A stretch of DNA of 64,000 bases from an uncultured Methanomassiliicoccales archaeon (GTDB taxonomy: Archaea > Thermoplasmatota > Thermoplasmata > Methanomassiliicoccales > Methanomethylophilaceae), in NCBI GenBank assembly GCA_949298875.1, contig CASFYI010000063.1, forward strand, positions 2,021 through 66,020, in the 5' to 3' direction. Made by a program: the position numbers and the translations under genes. The first letter of the stretch is position 1. Every line of letters begins with the position of its first letter. This document shows positions 22,112 to 32,888 of the stretch, in pieces. The notes under the pieces are model-generated. The model did no database searches, had not been told where the DNA came from, and saw only the letters and a list, made by a program, of their open reading frames with translations.

Positions 22112-22936
22112 TCGTCTCCGGACCATCCCGCGCGCCTTTACCGATACCGTCGAGGGCACGTGGCGTGCGAACTTCATGGCCGAGGCGGAGCCGGTGACGA
22201 CCTTCTCGCGGATGTTCTTCTCCTGGCCGATGACATCCACCCGATGACGTCTCACATCCTCCAGGATCCCCTCCACGGTGGACGACTGGCACACGGTGAC
22301 GACGCCGCCGAGGCCGTTGAGGACATGGGAGTCGGTGCCCCCGGTGAACCCCAGCCCGTACCCCCTGGCGGCGGCGAGGGAGTTCTCGTTGGATTCGCGG
22401 GTCATGCCCCCGGAAATCACCTCGTACGCGTCGAGGCGCCTCGCCACCGATGGCATGAGGATGCCCTTGCGGATGCAGATCTCGACGCCCTTGTTGGTGT
22501 TGAAGTATCCCGAGGGATGGGCGGCTGAGACGACGCAGTCCTCCATCTCGCACATGTCCAGGAGCCTCTCGGTGGTGCAGTCCCTGAGGGCCAGCCACGG
22601 GTTCTCCTGGATGCGTGGGCGGATGCGCGTGTACCAGAACCTCTCCAGGGAGCGGGATGTGGGGAAGTAGACCAGTATGTGCGGGCCGTCGGTGGTGCTG
22701 ACCTCCATCCCCGGGACGACGGGGACGGAGGAGCGCACCTCCTTCAGCCTCAGCACCGACTGGATCAGGTTGTGGTCGGTGACGGCGAACCCCACGCCCA
22801 TGCGCTCCGCCAGACGGAGGGCGGCGACGGGATCCGTGTCAGAATCCGAGCACCTGGTGTGGTAGTGCATGTCCACCGGCGTCAGGCCCTCGGACCTGAT
22901 CGCCGGTATGTCCGGCACCTCGAACTCCGCCCTCAT
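22112..22936 (-). CDS. PHP domain phosphoesterase (ends at CGA)
   Basis: DMHYHT..SD, AVTDHN, GMEVST..GPH, AAHP, GGTDSH; ATGA overlap with upstream gene; CGA 22112-22114. Confidence 0.88.
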
Positions 22937-24222
22937 CTCAGGCAGAGGTAGCGCCAGGCGTCCTCGGACCTGGCCAGGACGTCCTCTGTGTCCAGGGTGG
23001 TGATGCGTCCGTCCTCGACGACGACGTCCCCCTGGCACATCACGGTCTTCACGTTCAGGCTGTTGCCGGAGTAGACTATGTTGGCGATTATGTTCTCGGG
23101 GAGGAGCGGCCTCAGGTTGGGGGCCTTCCCGTCCAGGATCACCAGGTCGGCGTACTTGCCGGGCTCGATGGATCCGATGGAGTCTGCCATGCCGACCGCC
23201 TTCGCGCCGTTGATGGTGGCGAAGTCCAGGAGGTCCTGGGCGGGGGCGACGGTCGCGTCCCAGTTGCCGAACTTCTGAAGGAGTCCCAGCAGCCTCATCT
23301 CGGCGAACATGTCGAGGGTGTTGTTCGTGGTGCTCCCGTCGGTTCCGATGGTCACGTTGACCCCGTTCTGCTGGAACTGGGGGACGGGGGCGAGACCGGA
23401 GGTCGCGAGCTTCATGTTGGACGCGGGGCAGCTGGATATGGACATCCCGGCCTCGCCCATGAGCCTGACCTCCCTCATGGTGAGGTAGGCGGAATGGGCC
23501 GCGACGCCTCTGGGTCCGAGGACCCCGATACCGGACAGCCACTCGGCGGGGCGCTGGCCGGTCTTGCGCTTGTGCTCGTTGACCTCGCCCTGCGTCTCGG
23601 ACAGATGGAAGTTCATCGGCGCCTGCATCTCGTCGGAGAGGGCCTTCGCGCCGACGCAGGTGTCCTCGTCGCAGACGTACACGCCCTGGAGCCCCACTCC
23701 GGGGACGATCTTCCTCTTGCCCCTGTGGGTCTCGATGAACCTGCGGCAGTTGTCCAGGGGGTTGCCCTTCTGGGTGGTCTTGTCCTCGTCGAGGACGCAC
23801 CAGCAGAGCACGCCGCGGATGCCAGCCTCCTGCGTGGCCTTCGCGATGACGTCCTCCGAGTAGTAGAGGTCCATGAACGTAGTCGTGCCACCGCGCATCA
23901 TCTCCATGCATCCGAGCTTGGTGCCGACCTCGAGGTCGTCGTCGGTGCGGTCGGAATCGATCTTGAACGTCCTATCCAGGAAGTCCGGGAAGGCCAGGTC
24001 GTCCACGACCCCCTTCATGACGGACATCGAGATGTGGGTGTGGGTGTTGATCATCCCCGGCATGACGATGTCGCCGGTGGCGTCGATCTCCCTGTCTGCG
24101 GTGCCGTCGTACGCCGGGCCCACGGAGACGATCCTCTCGCCGTCGATGACGACGTCCCCCTTCAGGACCCTGCGCTGGGCGTCCTGGGTGACGATCCAGG
24201 CGTTGCGGATGGCTGTGATCAT
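22933..24222 (-). CDS. Amidohydrolase (MTA/SAH/5'-deoxyadenosine deaminase family)
   Basis: PGMINTHTH, HLSET, AAH, CPASNMKL, GTDG..TNN, GKYAD. Confidence 0.88.
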   Translation of the reverse strand: MITAIRNAWIVTQDAQRRVLKGDVVIDGERIVSVGPAYDGTADREIDATGDIVMPGMINTHTHISMSVMKGVVDDLAFPDFLDRTFKIDSDRTDDDLEVGTKLGCMEMMRGGTTTFMDLYYSEDVIAKATQEAGIRGVLCWCVLDEDKTTQKGNPLDNCRRFIETHRGKRKIVPGVGLQGVYVCDEDTCVGAKALSDEMQAPMNFHLSETQGEVNEHKRKTGQRPAEWLSGIGVLGPRGVAAHSAYLTMREVRLMGEAGMSISSCPASNMKLATSGLAPVPQFQQNGVNVTIGTDGSTTNNTLDMFAEMRLLGLLQKFGNWDATVAPAQDLLDFATINGAKAVGMADSIGSIEPGKYADLVILDGKAPNLRPLLPENIIANIVYSGNSLNVKTVMCQGDVVVEDGRITTLDTEDVLARSEDAWRYLCLR

Positions 24223-24345
24223 GAGGGGGCGGATGCAGGACGCATCGTGAATAGGTTTCGTTCGATAGGTCGGCATATGCATCCAGCTTCGTCGTGGGAG
24301 GGGCCGTTCGCCAATACGAAATAAGACAAAGTGCTTCCCGCAGGC

Positions 24346-25191
24346 ATGGGCTTCCGCATGACCTTCCTGGGGACCGGAGGTGGGCGTCACACCACCATGT
24401 ACCAGACCCGCAGCACCGGCGGGTTCCTGGTGGAGCACGACGGCCGTTTCCTGCACATAGACCCCGGACCGGGGGCCCTGACCAACATGCAGAGGATAAG
24501 GTACGACCTGACCCGCACCGAGTCCGTCGTCATCTCGCACTGCCACCCCGACCATTATTCGGACGCGGAGAGCGTCATCGAGGGCATGACCCGCGGAGGA
24601 TGGGAGAGACGCGGATCCCTGTACGGCTCCGAGACCGTGATCGAGGGGAAGGACGGGCTGGGACCGGCGGTGTCCGCCTACCATCTGAGCAGACCTGAGC
24701 ACGTGTCGGTGTTCCATCCCGGGGACGTCCTCGACATCGACGGACTGCGGACCGAGATCTGCCGGGCGGACCACAGCGACCCCACCAACGTCGGGTTCAG
24801 GTTCGACACCGGGCACGGGATACTCTCCTACGTCAGCGACACGGCGTACTCCGACGAGATAGCGGACCAGTACGTCGGGAGCAGGGTGCTGCTCCTGCCG
24901 GTCACGACCCCCATGGGGAACCGCATCCACTTCCATCTCTGCACCGACGACGCGATAACGTTCATAGACCGCGTCAGGCCGGAGCTCGCGGTGTTCGTCC
25001 ACCTGGGGATAGTCATCCTCAGGAAGGGGGCGGATGATCAGGCCCGCATGGCCGAGGAGGCCACCGGGATCAGGACGATCGCGGCCAGGGACCTCATGAC
25101 CATCGATGTGGGCGATGAGATCGTCGTAGGGGACGCCGAGGCTCACGACGAGCCGTGGATCCCCGACTCCGCGCCGGACCCGGACATCTGA
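24346..25191 (+). CDS. MBL-fold metallo-hydrolase
   Basis: FLGTGGGR, DPGPG, SHCHPDH, SDT. Confidence 0.88.
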   Translation: MGFRMTFLGTGGGRHTTMYQTRSTGGFLVEHDGRFLHIDPGPGALTNMQRIRYDLTRTESVVISHCHPDHYSDAESVIEGMTRGGWERRGSLYGSETVIEGKDGLGPAVSAYHLSRPEHVSVFHPGDVLDIDGLRTEICRADHSDPTNVGFRFDTGHGILSYVSDTAYSDEIADQYVGSRVLLLPVTTPMGNRIHFHLCTDDAITFIDRVRPELAVFVHLGIVILRKGADDQARMAEEATGIRTIAARDLMTIDVGDEIVVGDAEAHDEPWIPDSAPDPDI

Positions 25192-25196
25192 GACGA

Positions 25197-26303
25197 TCGC
25201 TCGGCCGCATCCAGCGGATAGAAGCCCGCGGTGCCCCAGTGGGTCCCGCGTCCGAACTGGGAGGAACCGCCGGACATGTAGCCCACCGGCACCTGGTCCC
25301 TCGTAGTCTCCGCCGCGTAGAACACCGTGGATGCCGTCTCGCCCTCACAGGTGCCCTCCACCGGAACGGACGCCGCCAGGCGGAAGTACCCGTATCCGAG
25401 ATCGTCCAGACGATCGGCGGGAACCTCCTCGAAGCCCGGGATCGCTACCCCTGCGAACACGTGCCCGTTCGTCCCTCCGACCGCCGCGTCGTATCCTGCC
25501 GAGGCGTACATCGCCGCCAGGAGGACGGCCGTGTCCTCGCAGTCGCCCTTCATCATGGCCAGCGTCTGGAGCGGGGTCGCCCAGTACTCGTCGGCGCCGT
25601 AGATCTCCATGTCCTCGCCGGCTATCGAGCCGCCCTCGTACACGCGGTCGGGATACTCTATCGCGAGCTGCGGGAACGAGGCCAGGAAGTCGGCCAGGGC
25701 CTGGCGGTCGCCGGCATCGCCTCCGATCCTGGAGAACTCGGATGCCAGGGAGTCCACCAGCGAATCGACGGTGTCCGACCCCATCGCGAGACCCGGCAGG
25801 TCCGAGAAGCGGCGGGTGTCCTCCCCGCCGACCGAGTTCTCTCCGTTGTAGGCCTCCGCGACAAGGTACTCCGCGTAGAGGTCGTGGGGGTCGATGCCGT
25901 AGGCGACCGTGACCGCGTGGACAGCCCCGTCGAGATCGTACTGCCAGGTGGCCTCCCTGCGGATCTCGCCGTCCATCACGACGTCGAACTCGAGGTCCCC
26001 GGTCCTGAGCGTGTAAATCCCGGGACCCAGGCGTATCGTGTCCCCGTGCATCGTCTCCCATCCGGCGACCTCCAGGCCCCCGTCGGTGGCGGTGCCGTAG
26101 GGTGCGGTCAGGTCCAGGACGTACCATGTTCTCGCGCCCTCCATCGAGACCGTCCCGGCCTCCCAGTCGACCGCGACCCCGTCCGGATAGTCGTATGACG
26201 GATGCTCGTCGGCGGTCTGGCCGCCCCCGAGGCTGAGGATGGCGACGGCTGCCACGGCGATCGCCACGATGAGGGCCAGGAGCTCCATCGCACGGAGGCT
26301 CAT
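25197..26303 (-). CDS. Membrane-anchored transglutaminase-like protein (ends at CGA)
   Basis: N-terminal TM; EYWATPLQTL..GDCED, GH, AETT; CGA 25197-25199 just past the MBL stop. Confidence 0.75.
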
Positions 26304-27448
26304 GGTACCACCATCGTGACGCTGTCCAGGGCGTCGATGCCGTCCAGGACCTCCTTCGTGACGTACCCGCACGGGACGGCCACATCCGTCGCCGTCTCGC
26401 AGAAGAACAGGTTCTCCCCAGTGGACGTGACCCTCTTCTCGGCCAGCTCCAGGCCTGTGACCGCGGAATGCGGGGTGAAGTCGCCGAGCACCACGGCCAC
26501 GACCATGTGGTTGGGGATCGTGGCTATGGCCGCGCCGTATCCGGCGGCGGAGAACAGGGAAGCGGCGAGGAACGTCGTGTCCTCGCAGTCCCCGTAGCCC
26601 GTGTGGATCGTCTCCAGGGGATACGACCAGCGCTCCCACTCCCCGTGGAGGAACATGTCCCCGCTGCCCTCCTCGGCGTCGAGAACATATCCTCCGTCCG
26701 CGGACGTTATCGGATCGGGGTACGAGATGCAGCTCTGGACGAAGGACAGCAGATAGTCCGCATAGTCCTGGCCGCCGATGACGGCTGCGCTCCCGCGCAC
26801 CTCCCTGTACTCGGCCTCCAGGGCGGACTCCAGCATCCTGACGGTGTCGTCGATGACGACGAACCTGGCATCCGAATCCTGATTCTGATAGCGGACGGCG
26901 TCGTCCTGGTGGTAGTCCAGATAGTCGGAGTACATATAGCGGACCGACACGGAGTAGCTGTGGGATGCCCCGGAGGCGAGCGTCTGCGTCCATGAGAACG
27001 TCCTATCGACCGGTCCGTCCAGTATGGCGGTGCCGCTGCGGTCTAGATCCCCGTTCACGTAGAGCCTGACGGAGTAGCGGCCGGGCTCGTCGATGGTCAG
27101 CGTGCGGCCGTTGGAGGCCGTCGTGTACCCGCGCTCCGAGTACCCGCCGCCGATATCGCGGACGAATACCGTGTCGTCCAGGTCGAGTATGCGCCATTCG
27201 ATGTCCGATCCGGACAGCTCGTACGTGAGCGTGGCCACGCCGGCGTACTCGTCGGCCTCGACGCCCTCCTGCGCTATCGACCCCCTCACGGTGAGGTCCC
27301 CTCTGACGAGCTCGGGCTCCGGATGGTCCGATGAGATGATCGAATATGTCAGGACCCCTGCCGTGGACGCCACCGCTATGATCAGAACTATCAGCGCGAT
27401 CTTCGCGCGGGGCTCCCAAGCCCCGATCCCGGCGAGGAGGTCCTTCAT
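26300..27448 (-). CDS. Membrane-anchored transglutaminase-like protein (paralog)
   Basis: N-terminal TM; YPLETI..GDCED, PNH, CETA. Confidence 0.75.
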   Translation of the reverse strand: MKDLLAGIGAWEPRAKIALIVLIIAVASTAGVLTYSIISSDHPEPELVRGDLTVRGSIAQEGVEADEYAGVATLTYELSGSDIEWRILDLDDTVFVRDIGGGYSERGYTTASNGRTLTIDEPGRYSVRLYVNGDLDRSGTAILDGPVDRTFSWTQTLASGASHSYSVSVRYMYSDYLDYHQDDAVRYQNQDSDARFVVIDDTVRMLESALEAEYREVRGSAAVIGGQDYADYLLSFVQSCISYPDPITSADGGYVLDAEEGSGDMFLHGEWERWSYPLETIHTGYGDCEDTTFLAASLFSAAGYGAAIATIPNHMVVAVVLGDFTPHSAVTGLELAEKRVTSTGENLFFCETATDVAVPCGYVTKEVLDGIDALDSVTMVVP

Positions 27449-27500
27449 GCCAGGGGGGATGGAGTCCCCCCTTAAGATTGAAGCGTTTACCGTATGGGTG

Positions 27501-28127
27501 TCAGAGGATCTCCCACTCCATCGTGACCGAGTCGTGGAACTCCGCGTCCTCGGGGACGATGCTCCCGACGTCCATCGACATCGCCCTCATCCTGGGGGTG
27601 GCGACGTTGCACGGACTGGAGACGTAGGATATCGACACCAGCGACCCGAGCCTGACGCCGGCGGCCTCGGCCAGGTCCTTCGCCCTGTGTCTGGCGTCCT
27701 TCACGGCCTCCACCCTGGCGCGGGCCATGGGCTCCGTTGGGTCGCTGACCGTGTAGGATACGCGGAACTCCGGCGCGTTGGCGCATCCGAGCATCGCCTC
27801 AAGGAGCCTCCCGAGGCCGTCCTCTCCGGCATCAACGGTTATCCTGACGCCGTGGCTGTAGCTGAACCCGTCGAAGACCGTGACCCTGGCCCCGTCCCTC
27901 TCCACCTGTTTGTATGAAGCCGAGACGGAGAACCCGGTCGTCTTGAGGAGGTCCATGTCGAACCCGGCCTCCCCGATGATCTTCCTGAGCTCGGCCACCG
28001 ACGAGGCGGAGGCCTCGACGGCGGAGGCGTAGTCCGTACGGTGTCCGCTTATGGTCCCGTCTATCCTGACCTGATCCGGTTTGGCCGTGGCGGTGCCTGC
28101 ACCCGTGACTGTGATGACCCTGTCCAT
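27501..28127 (-). CDS. SIMPL (DUF541) domain protein
   Basis: ITVTGAG....PD, ARVEAVKDARHRA..LA.AAG..LG. Confidence 0.85.
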   Translation of the reverse strand: MDRVITVTGAGTATAKPDQVRIDGTISGHRTDYASAVEASASSVAELRKIIGEAGFDMDLLKTTGFSVSASYKQVERDGARVTVFDGFSYSHGVRITVDAGEDGLGRLLEAMLGCANAPEFRVSYTVSDPTEPMARARVEAVKDARHRAKDLAEAAGVRLGSLVSISYVSSPCNVATPRMRAMSMDVGSIVPEDAEFHDSVTMEWEIL

Positions 28128-28253
28128 GATACGTGGATGCGCGGACGTGGCTTAAACCCGTCCTCGGTATCCGAGGTACCGGGTACGTATGCGTATGTAT
28201 GGAGAAGCTGAAGACCCCCGAAGCCGTTAAGTCGGCCACTCCGTTCTACGGAT

Positions 28254-29426
28254 ATGGCCGAACACAGTGGCCCGATCGGGCAGCACAGGCTGAAGCGCGG
28301 CGCGTACGCCTTCTACTGCATCTCCTTCGCGATGATCGTCGTATTCACGGCGATCAGCTTCGCCGTGGGGGAGATGACCGCAGGCCTGACCGGTATACCG
28401 ATGGTCGTCATCTTCGGACTGGCGGTGTTCACCGACCGCAAGGCGATCCACGTCCCGCCGGAGCTCATCGTCATGGTCGTCCTGGCGTTCTTCCTGGCGT
28501 TCTTCGGGCGCCTGGCCGCCGACGGCGGGGCCCTGCTGATCCTGACCAACCTCGTCACGGGCATCAACCTGGGTCTCCTGGGCATGATCCTCGTCTACTC
28601 CGTCCTGCGCGTCCTTCCGAGGGACCGCGAGGGGAGCCGTGCGACCGTGTCGTTCATCTCGATCTGCATCGCCCTCTCGGCGTACACCCTCACGAGGATG
28701 CTCCAGTACTGGATCGCGCAGATCACACCCTACGGGGACGGCCTGAGCCTGGGCGTCTTCATGGAGGACCTCACCTACATCCTGATCGGAGCGCTCGTGG
28801 TGGCCGCCCTGCACACGTTCCAGCGCAGGGACAGCGTGTTCGACGGCATCGTCAACACGTTCCTGGAGGAGAACTCCGAGACCATAGGCCTGGAGGGCGC
28901 GGAGGAGGCGGCGATCCGCCGCATCATCGAGGAGGGCGAGTCCGAATGGACGGAGTACAAGTCCACCCTCAGGACCAACCTGGCCACCGGCGAGAACGAC
29001 AAGAGGATGGAGAAGGCCGTGCTGAAGACCATCGTGGCCTTCCTCAACTCGGACGGAGGGGACCTCCTCGTGGGTGTCGCCGACGACGGCTCGGTCATAG
29101 GCGCCGACGTGGACTCGTTCGACGGGAGCAGGGACAAGATGGGTCTCCACCTCGGGAACCTGATCTCCTCCCAGATAGGGTCCGGGTTCCTGCCGTTCAT
29201 AACCTCGAGGATCGTGGACATCGACGGCAAGGCCGTCATCCACGTCCACTGCGAGAGCTGCCCCAAGCCGGTGTTCCTGAAGGACGGGAAGATCGAGATA
29301 TTCTATGTGAGAAAGGGGCCCCAGACCGAGGAGCTCACCGGGAACGCGCTGCTCAGCTATCTGACCAGCCGCGGGATAGTGCTCAAGAAGATGTTTCGTG
29401 GGCCCGGGCGCAGGTCCCGGACCCGA
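28254..29426 (+). CDS. Multi-TM membrane protein fused to Schlafen/AlbA_2 domain (ends at CGA)
   Basis: About 6 hydrophobic segments, then GESEWTEYKST, IVAFLNSDGG.LLVGV.DDG, FYVRKG; CGA 29424-29426, 2 nt before the convergent TGA. Confidence 0.8.
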
Positions 29427-29428
29427 GG

Positions 29429-29701
29429 TCACTCCTTGTCCTCCTTGGCGAGGTGGAGGGCTTTCTTCGCCTTGCTCAGCGAACGGGCGATGAGCAGGGT
29501 CATGATGACCGCCAGGACGGTCACGATGATCGCGTAGACGGTGAGCCCGACCAGATCGTCAGAGGAGTTGAAGACCGCGGCCACAGCCTGCTTGATCGCC
29601 TCGTTCCACGCCAGTGCGGCCACGAGACCGAACGCGGCGGTGATGAGGGAGGCGAAGGTCTCCAGGAGCTGTACCTTGAATTCGTCGCTTTTCTCCGACA
29701 T
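29429..29701 (-). CDS. Small membrane protein (DUF5654-like)
   Basis: LITAAFGLVAALAWNEAI motif. Confidence 0.85.
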   Translation of the reverse strand: MSEKSDEFKVQLLETFASLITAAFGLVAALAWNEAIKQAVAAVFNSSDDLVGLTVYAIIVTVLAVIMTLLIARSLSKAKKALHLAKEDKE

Positions 29702-29749
29702 GGGTTTCGAATCATTATGCATCCGTTAAGACACTTTGGGGTGGAAAGG

Positions 29750-29832
29750 TGCGGGGAAGGGGGTTCGAACCCCTGAACCACTATGGACGGGATCTTAAGT
29801 CCCGCGCCTTTGTCCGACTCGGCTACCCCCGC
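29750..29832 (-). tRNA. tRNA-Leu(TAA)
   Basis: gcggggg stem, cggga-ctTAAga-tcccg, long variable arm, GGTTCGAA. Confidence 0.95.
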
Positions 29833-29885
29833 TCGACAGACCGATGCGCGCCGAGGATATAAACAAGAATACGCATCCAGGCCGC

Positions 29886-30539
29886 ATGGCCTACAGGATC
29901 CCCAGCGACGACGAGGTGGCCAGGTCCATCGACGACTGCCTCGCCCGGTGTCCGCGCATGCGCTCCCAGAGGGAGCTCTGCGACGCCGTCGCCGCCGACC
30001 TGGCGTACCGCGACCCGCTCTTCAGGGTCGGGGCCGACCGCGTCAGGCGCATCGGGATCGAGAGGGGGCTCATCAACCTGGAGATCAGCTACGCTTCCAG
30101 CGACCGCCCCGTCGGCGACCTGTGCCCCGTGTGCGGCAACCCTATGACGTCGGTCCGCAACCGCACCCTCGACGGGGGCACGGTGGAGATGAGCAGGTCC
30201 TGCAGGAGATGCGGGTACATCGCCAAGGGAACGGAGACCAAGCCCGCCCGGTACGAGATCGGCAGGAAGGCGAAGGTCGATCCGGACACCCGCATAGGCA
30301 TGCTCCGCGAGGCGCAGACGCTCCTCCTTCGTGCGGCGGACCTCATGGACGGCGCCCTGAGGATGTCCGGCCTGGAGGCCCGCTCCGGCGACGACTCCAA
30401 GACCATCCGCAGGATCGCCGGGGACCCGTCGTACGGCGGGAGCCTCCGCAATCTGGCACTCGACCTGGAGAGGCTCGAGGACGACCCGCTCTGGACCCGT
30501 CCGCTGACCTCCCCCAAGCGCATGTTCGAGAAGGACCGA
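29886..30539 (+). CDS. Hypothetical Zn-ribbon protein (ends at CGA)
   Basis: CPVC..CRRC; CGA 30537-30539 ends the ORF 49 nt before the next gene. Confidence 0.7.
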
Positions 30540-30588
30540 AGGGGCCTCGGCGCAACCTTAATGTCGATACCCGCGATGGTCGTAGCCA

Positions 30589-31497
30589 ATGAAGATATGG
30601 GAGTTCGCCAAGGCAGAGGGCTCGTCCATCAGGATGGACAGCTGGATGTCGGACACCATGGGCCTCGTCGACGGCGGCGTGGTGTACAGCACCCTTTTCA
30701 AGCACCCGGCGGAGGGACCCAAGGACTACGAGATCATCCTCTCGGTCTTCCCGCAGGAGAACTACAGGACGCTCACGCACATCACGATGTACCTCGACGA
30801 CGTCCCGGGCTCCAGCGCCCAGGCGTCCGAGTTCCTGGCATCCCGCGAGATCAACATCCTGAACTCCGTGTCCCTCAACGGCATATCGGACACGGTCATC
30901 GTCTGGAAGCTCATGGCCGACATGAACTTCGCCGGCGAGGCCGACATCCTCAGGGAGACCTTCGAGAACCTCAAGGCCTCCGGGGACCCGTCCGTCTCGA
31001 AGATCAGGCGCATCGACATCAAACCGGCGGACATCGGCAGGCTCTTCAAGGGCGCCACCGGGAACGGCGGCAAGGAGGAGATCAGGAGGGGCTACCCGAC
31101 CGTCATCCGCGACGGCCTCTTCAACGTGGCCGACCAGTACGGCGACATCCTCAGGGACATCGACGGGAAGAACGTCCTGATCACCATGGACGCCGACTCG
31201 TGGATCCTCTCCGTGACGTTCTTCAAGGAGGGCACCAGGCTCGTCAAGGCCGGTCTGGAGATGCCCGACTGCCCCGGAGGCATCGGACAGGTCCTGGACG
31301 TCATCGCGGGATGGAACATCAACCTCATCTCCGTGTTCAGCAAGGTCAAGATCTGCTACGAGACCATGTACCTCGAGCTGGTCATGGACATCGGCAAGAG
31401 CGACCTCACGTTCGACGAGATCCGCGACCGCCTCCCGAGCAGCATCGAGGGGCTCAACGGCGTGTACACCCTCAAGGAGTTCTCCGAGTTCAGATGA
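30589..31497 (+). CDS. ACT-domain protein
   Basis: Two ACT-like repeats (DVPG....FLA...INIL; DCPG....VIA..NINL). Confidence 0.75.
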   Translation: MKIWEFAKAEGSSIRMDSWMSDTMGLVDGGVVYSTLFKHPAEGPKDYEIILSVFPQENYRTLTHITMYLDDVPGSSAQASEFLASREINILNSVSLNGISDTVIVWKLMADMNFAGEADILRETFENLKASGDPSVSKIRRIDIKPADIGRLFKGATGNGGKEEIRRGYPTVIRDGLFNVADQYGDILRDIDGKNVLITMDADSWILSVTFFKEGTRLVKAGLEMPDCPGGIGQVLDVIAGWNINLISVFSKVKICYETMYLELVMDIGKSDLTFDEIRDRLPSSIEGLNGVYTLKEFSEFR

Positions 31498-32231
31498 GCA
31501 GGAGGAGACAGCTGGCCGAGGTCGTCCTCGGCAGGGGCGACTACGCGGCGGGAGGGGCGTGCACCGAGCCGTTCCTCGAGCAGGACGGCGCCAGGCGTCG
31601 CAGGCCCATGGTGCTGGGGGAGGTCCTGTGCCACGAGCCGGAGGACCCTCTCGTGCGCTCCATGTTCTCGGGAAGGACCTCCAACCCGGGGGACTGGGCG
31701 ATGATGTGGAGGGAGATCGGCGCGGACGGCGTGTGCGTTCGTGTCGAAGATCCCGACGACTCGATGGTCGTCGCCGCGGTGGCGATCAGGACCGGTCTCC
31801 CCGTGGCCGTATCTGGCCCCAGGGAGGCAGTGGACGCGTGCACGGACATCGACGACACCGTCCTGATCCTCATGGACGCATCCCCCGGGGATGACGGACA
31901 TATCCGCGCCATGACGTTCGGATCCGAGGCCTCGGAGGGGCCAAACAGGATGCACCTGGTGACCGGGAGGTTCCCGGAGCCTGACGCGTTCTCGGAGGCC
32001 GCGTCCATCAGGGACCGTGCGCTGGACGGGGACGCGTACTGCGACGCGCCCATCGCGTTCGACGTCACCCCCGTGTGGGACGACGGCTTCTCGGACGAGC
32101 GCGGAGCGTCGATGATGGAGGGCGAGGCCGCCCTGGCGGCGATGCTCTCGGGAGCCGACCTGCTGATCGTGAGAGGCCCCGGCGCGGCGGACATGGCCCG
32201 CGTGTACGGGGAGGAGCTGGCGGACCTATGA
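31494..32231 (+). CDS. Divergent CdhD/AcsD-like (CFeSP small subunit) protein
   Basis: IRDRALDGD...API and AALAAMLSGADLLIVRGP resemble the CdhD C-terminus; shortened. Confidence 0.5.
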   Translation: MSRRRQLAEVVLGRGDYAAGGACTEPFLEQDGARRRRPMVLGEVLCHEPEDPLVRSMFSGRTSNPGDWAMMWREIGADGVCVRVEDPDDSMVVAAVAIRTGLPVAVSGPREAVDACTDIDDTVLILMDASPGDDGHIRAMTFGSEASEGPNRMHLVTGRFPEPDAFSEAASIRDRALDGDAYCDAPIAFDVTPVWDDGFSDERGASMMEGEAALAAMLSGADLLIVRGPGAADMARVYGEELADL

Positions 32232-32884
32232 CATCATTCGAGAGGGCATCCTTCGCGCTGTCCGTGTCCGATGCCATGGACGAGGATTCCGTGTCGGAGC
32301 GCGTGGCACGCATCGCATCGATCGCCTCCGGTACGCCGTCCCTCGGTTTCATATGCGTGAGGGACGACGCCATGGACGCGGGGCTGCTGACCGCGGCCGC
32401 ACTCGCTGCCTCCGGATCCGGACTCGGGATCATACTGGAGTCCGACGACGTCGGCAACCTTGCGGCGGCCGCATCGGCGATCCCCTGCTCCGAACCCGTC
32501 CTGTGCTCCCAGAACGGGGACCAGGAGGCTCTGGCGGCGGTTGCCTCGACGCTCGGCGCACCCGTCATCCTGTCCTGCGAGAACCTGAACGGCCTGATGG
32601 AGCTCTCCTCGGCCGCGGAGGTCGGGGGCTGCCGGGACATCCTGCTCAACCCCATGGCCAGGAACATGAAGCAGTGCCTGGAGTCCACCGTCGCCATGCG
32701 CAGGCTGGCAGCCTGCATCCCCTCGGCGGACAGGCCGCTGGTCGTCCGCGCGTGGTCCGGCGAGTACGCCCTCGCGATGGCTTCGGTGTCGGTCATGCGC
32801 GGCGGACGCCTGGCCGTGTTGGACGATCTGGACCCGCAGGGATGCGGGGTCCTGGACTCGCTCATCTCCAACTTCTCAGCGTGA
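32228..32884 (+). CDS. Divergent CdhE/AcsC-like TIM-barrel fragment
   Basis: DILLNP, AMRRLA...RPLV resemble the CdhE mid-domain; no Fe-S cysteine cluster or cobalamin domain. Confidence 0.4.
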   Translation: MTSFERASFALSVSDAMDEDSVSERVARIASIASGTPSLGFICVRDDAMDAGLLTAAALAASGSGLGIILESDDVGNLAAAASAIPCSEPVLCSQNGDQEALAAVASTLGAPVILSCENLNGLMELSSAAEVGGCRDILLNPMARNMKQCLESTVAMRRLAACIPSADRPLVVRAWSGEYALAMASVSVMRGGRLAVLDDLDPQGCGVLDSLISNFSA

Positions 32885-32888
32885 CGGC

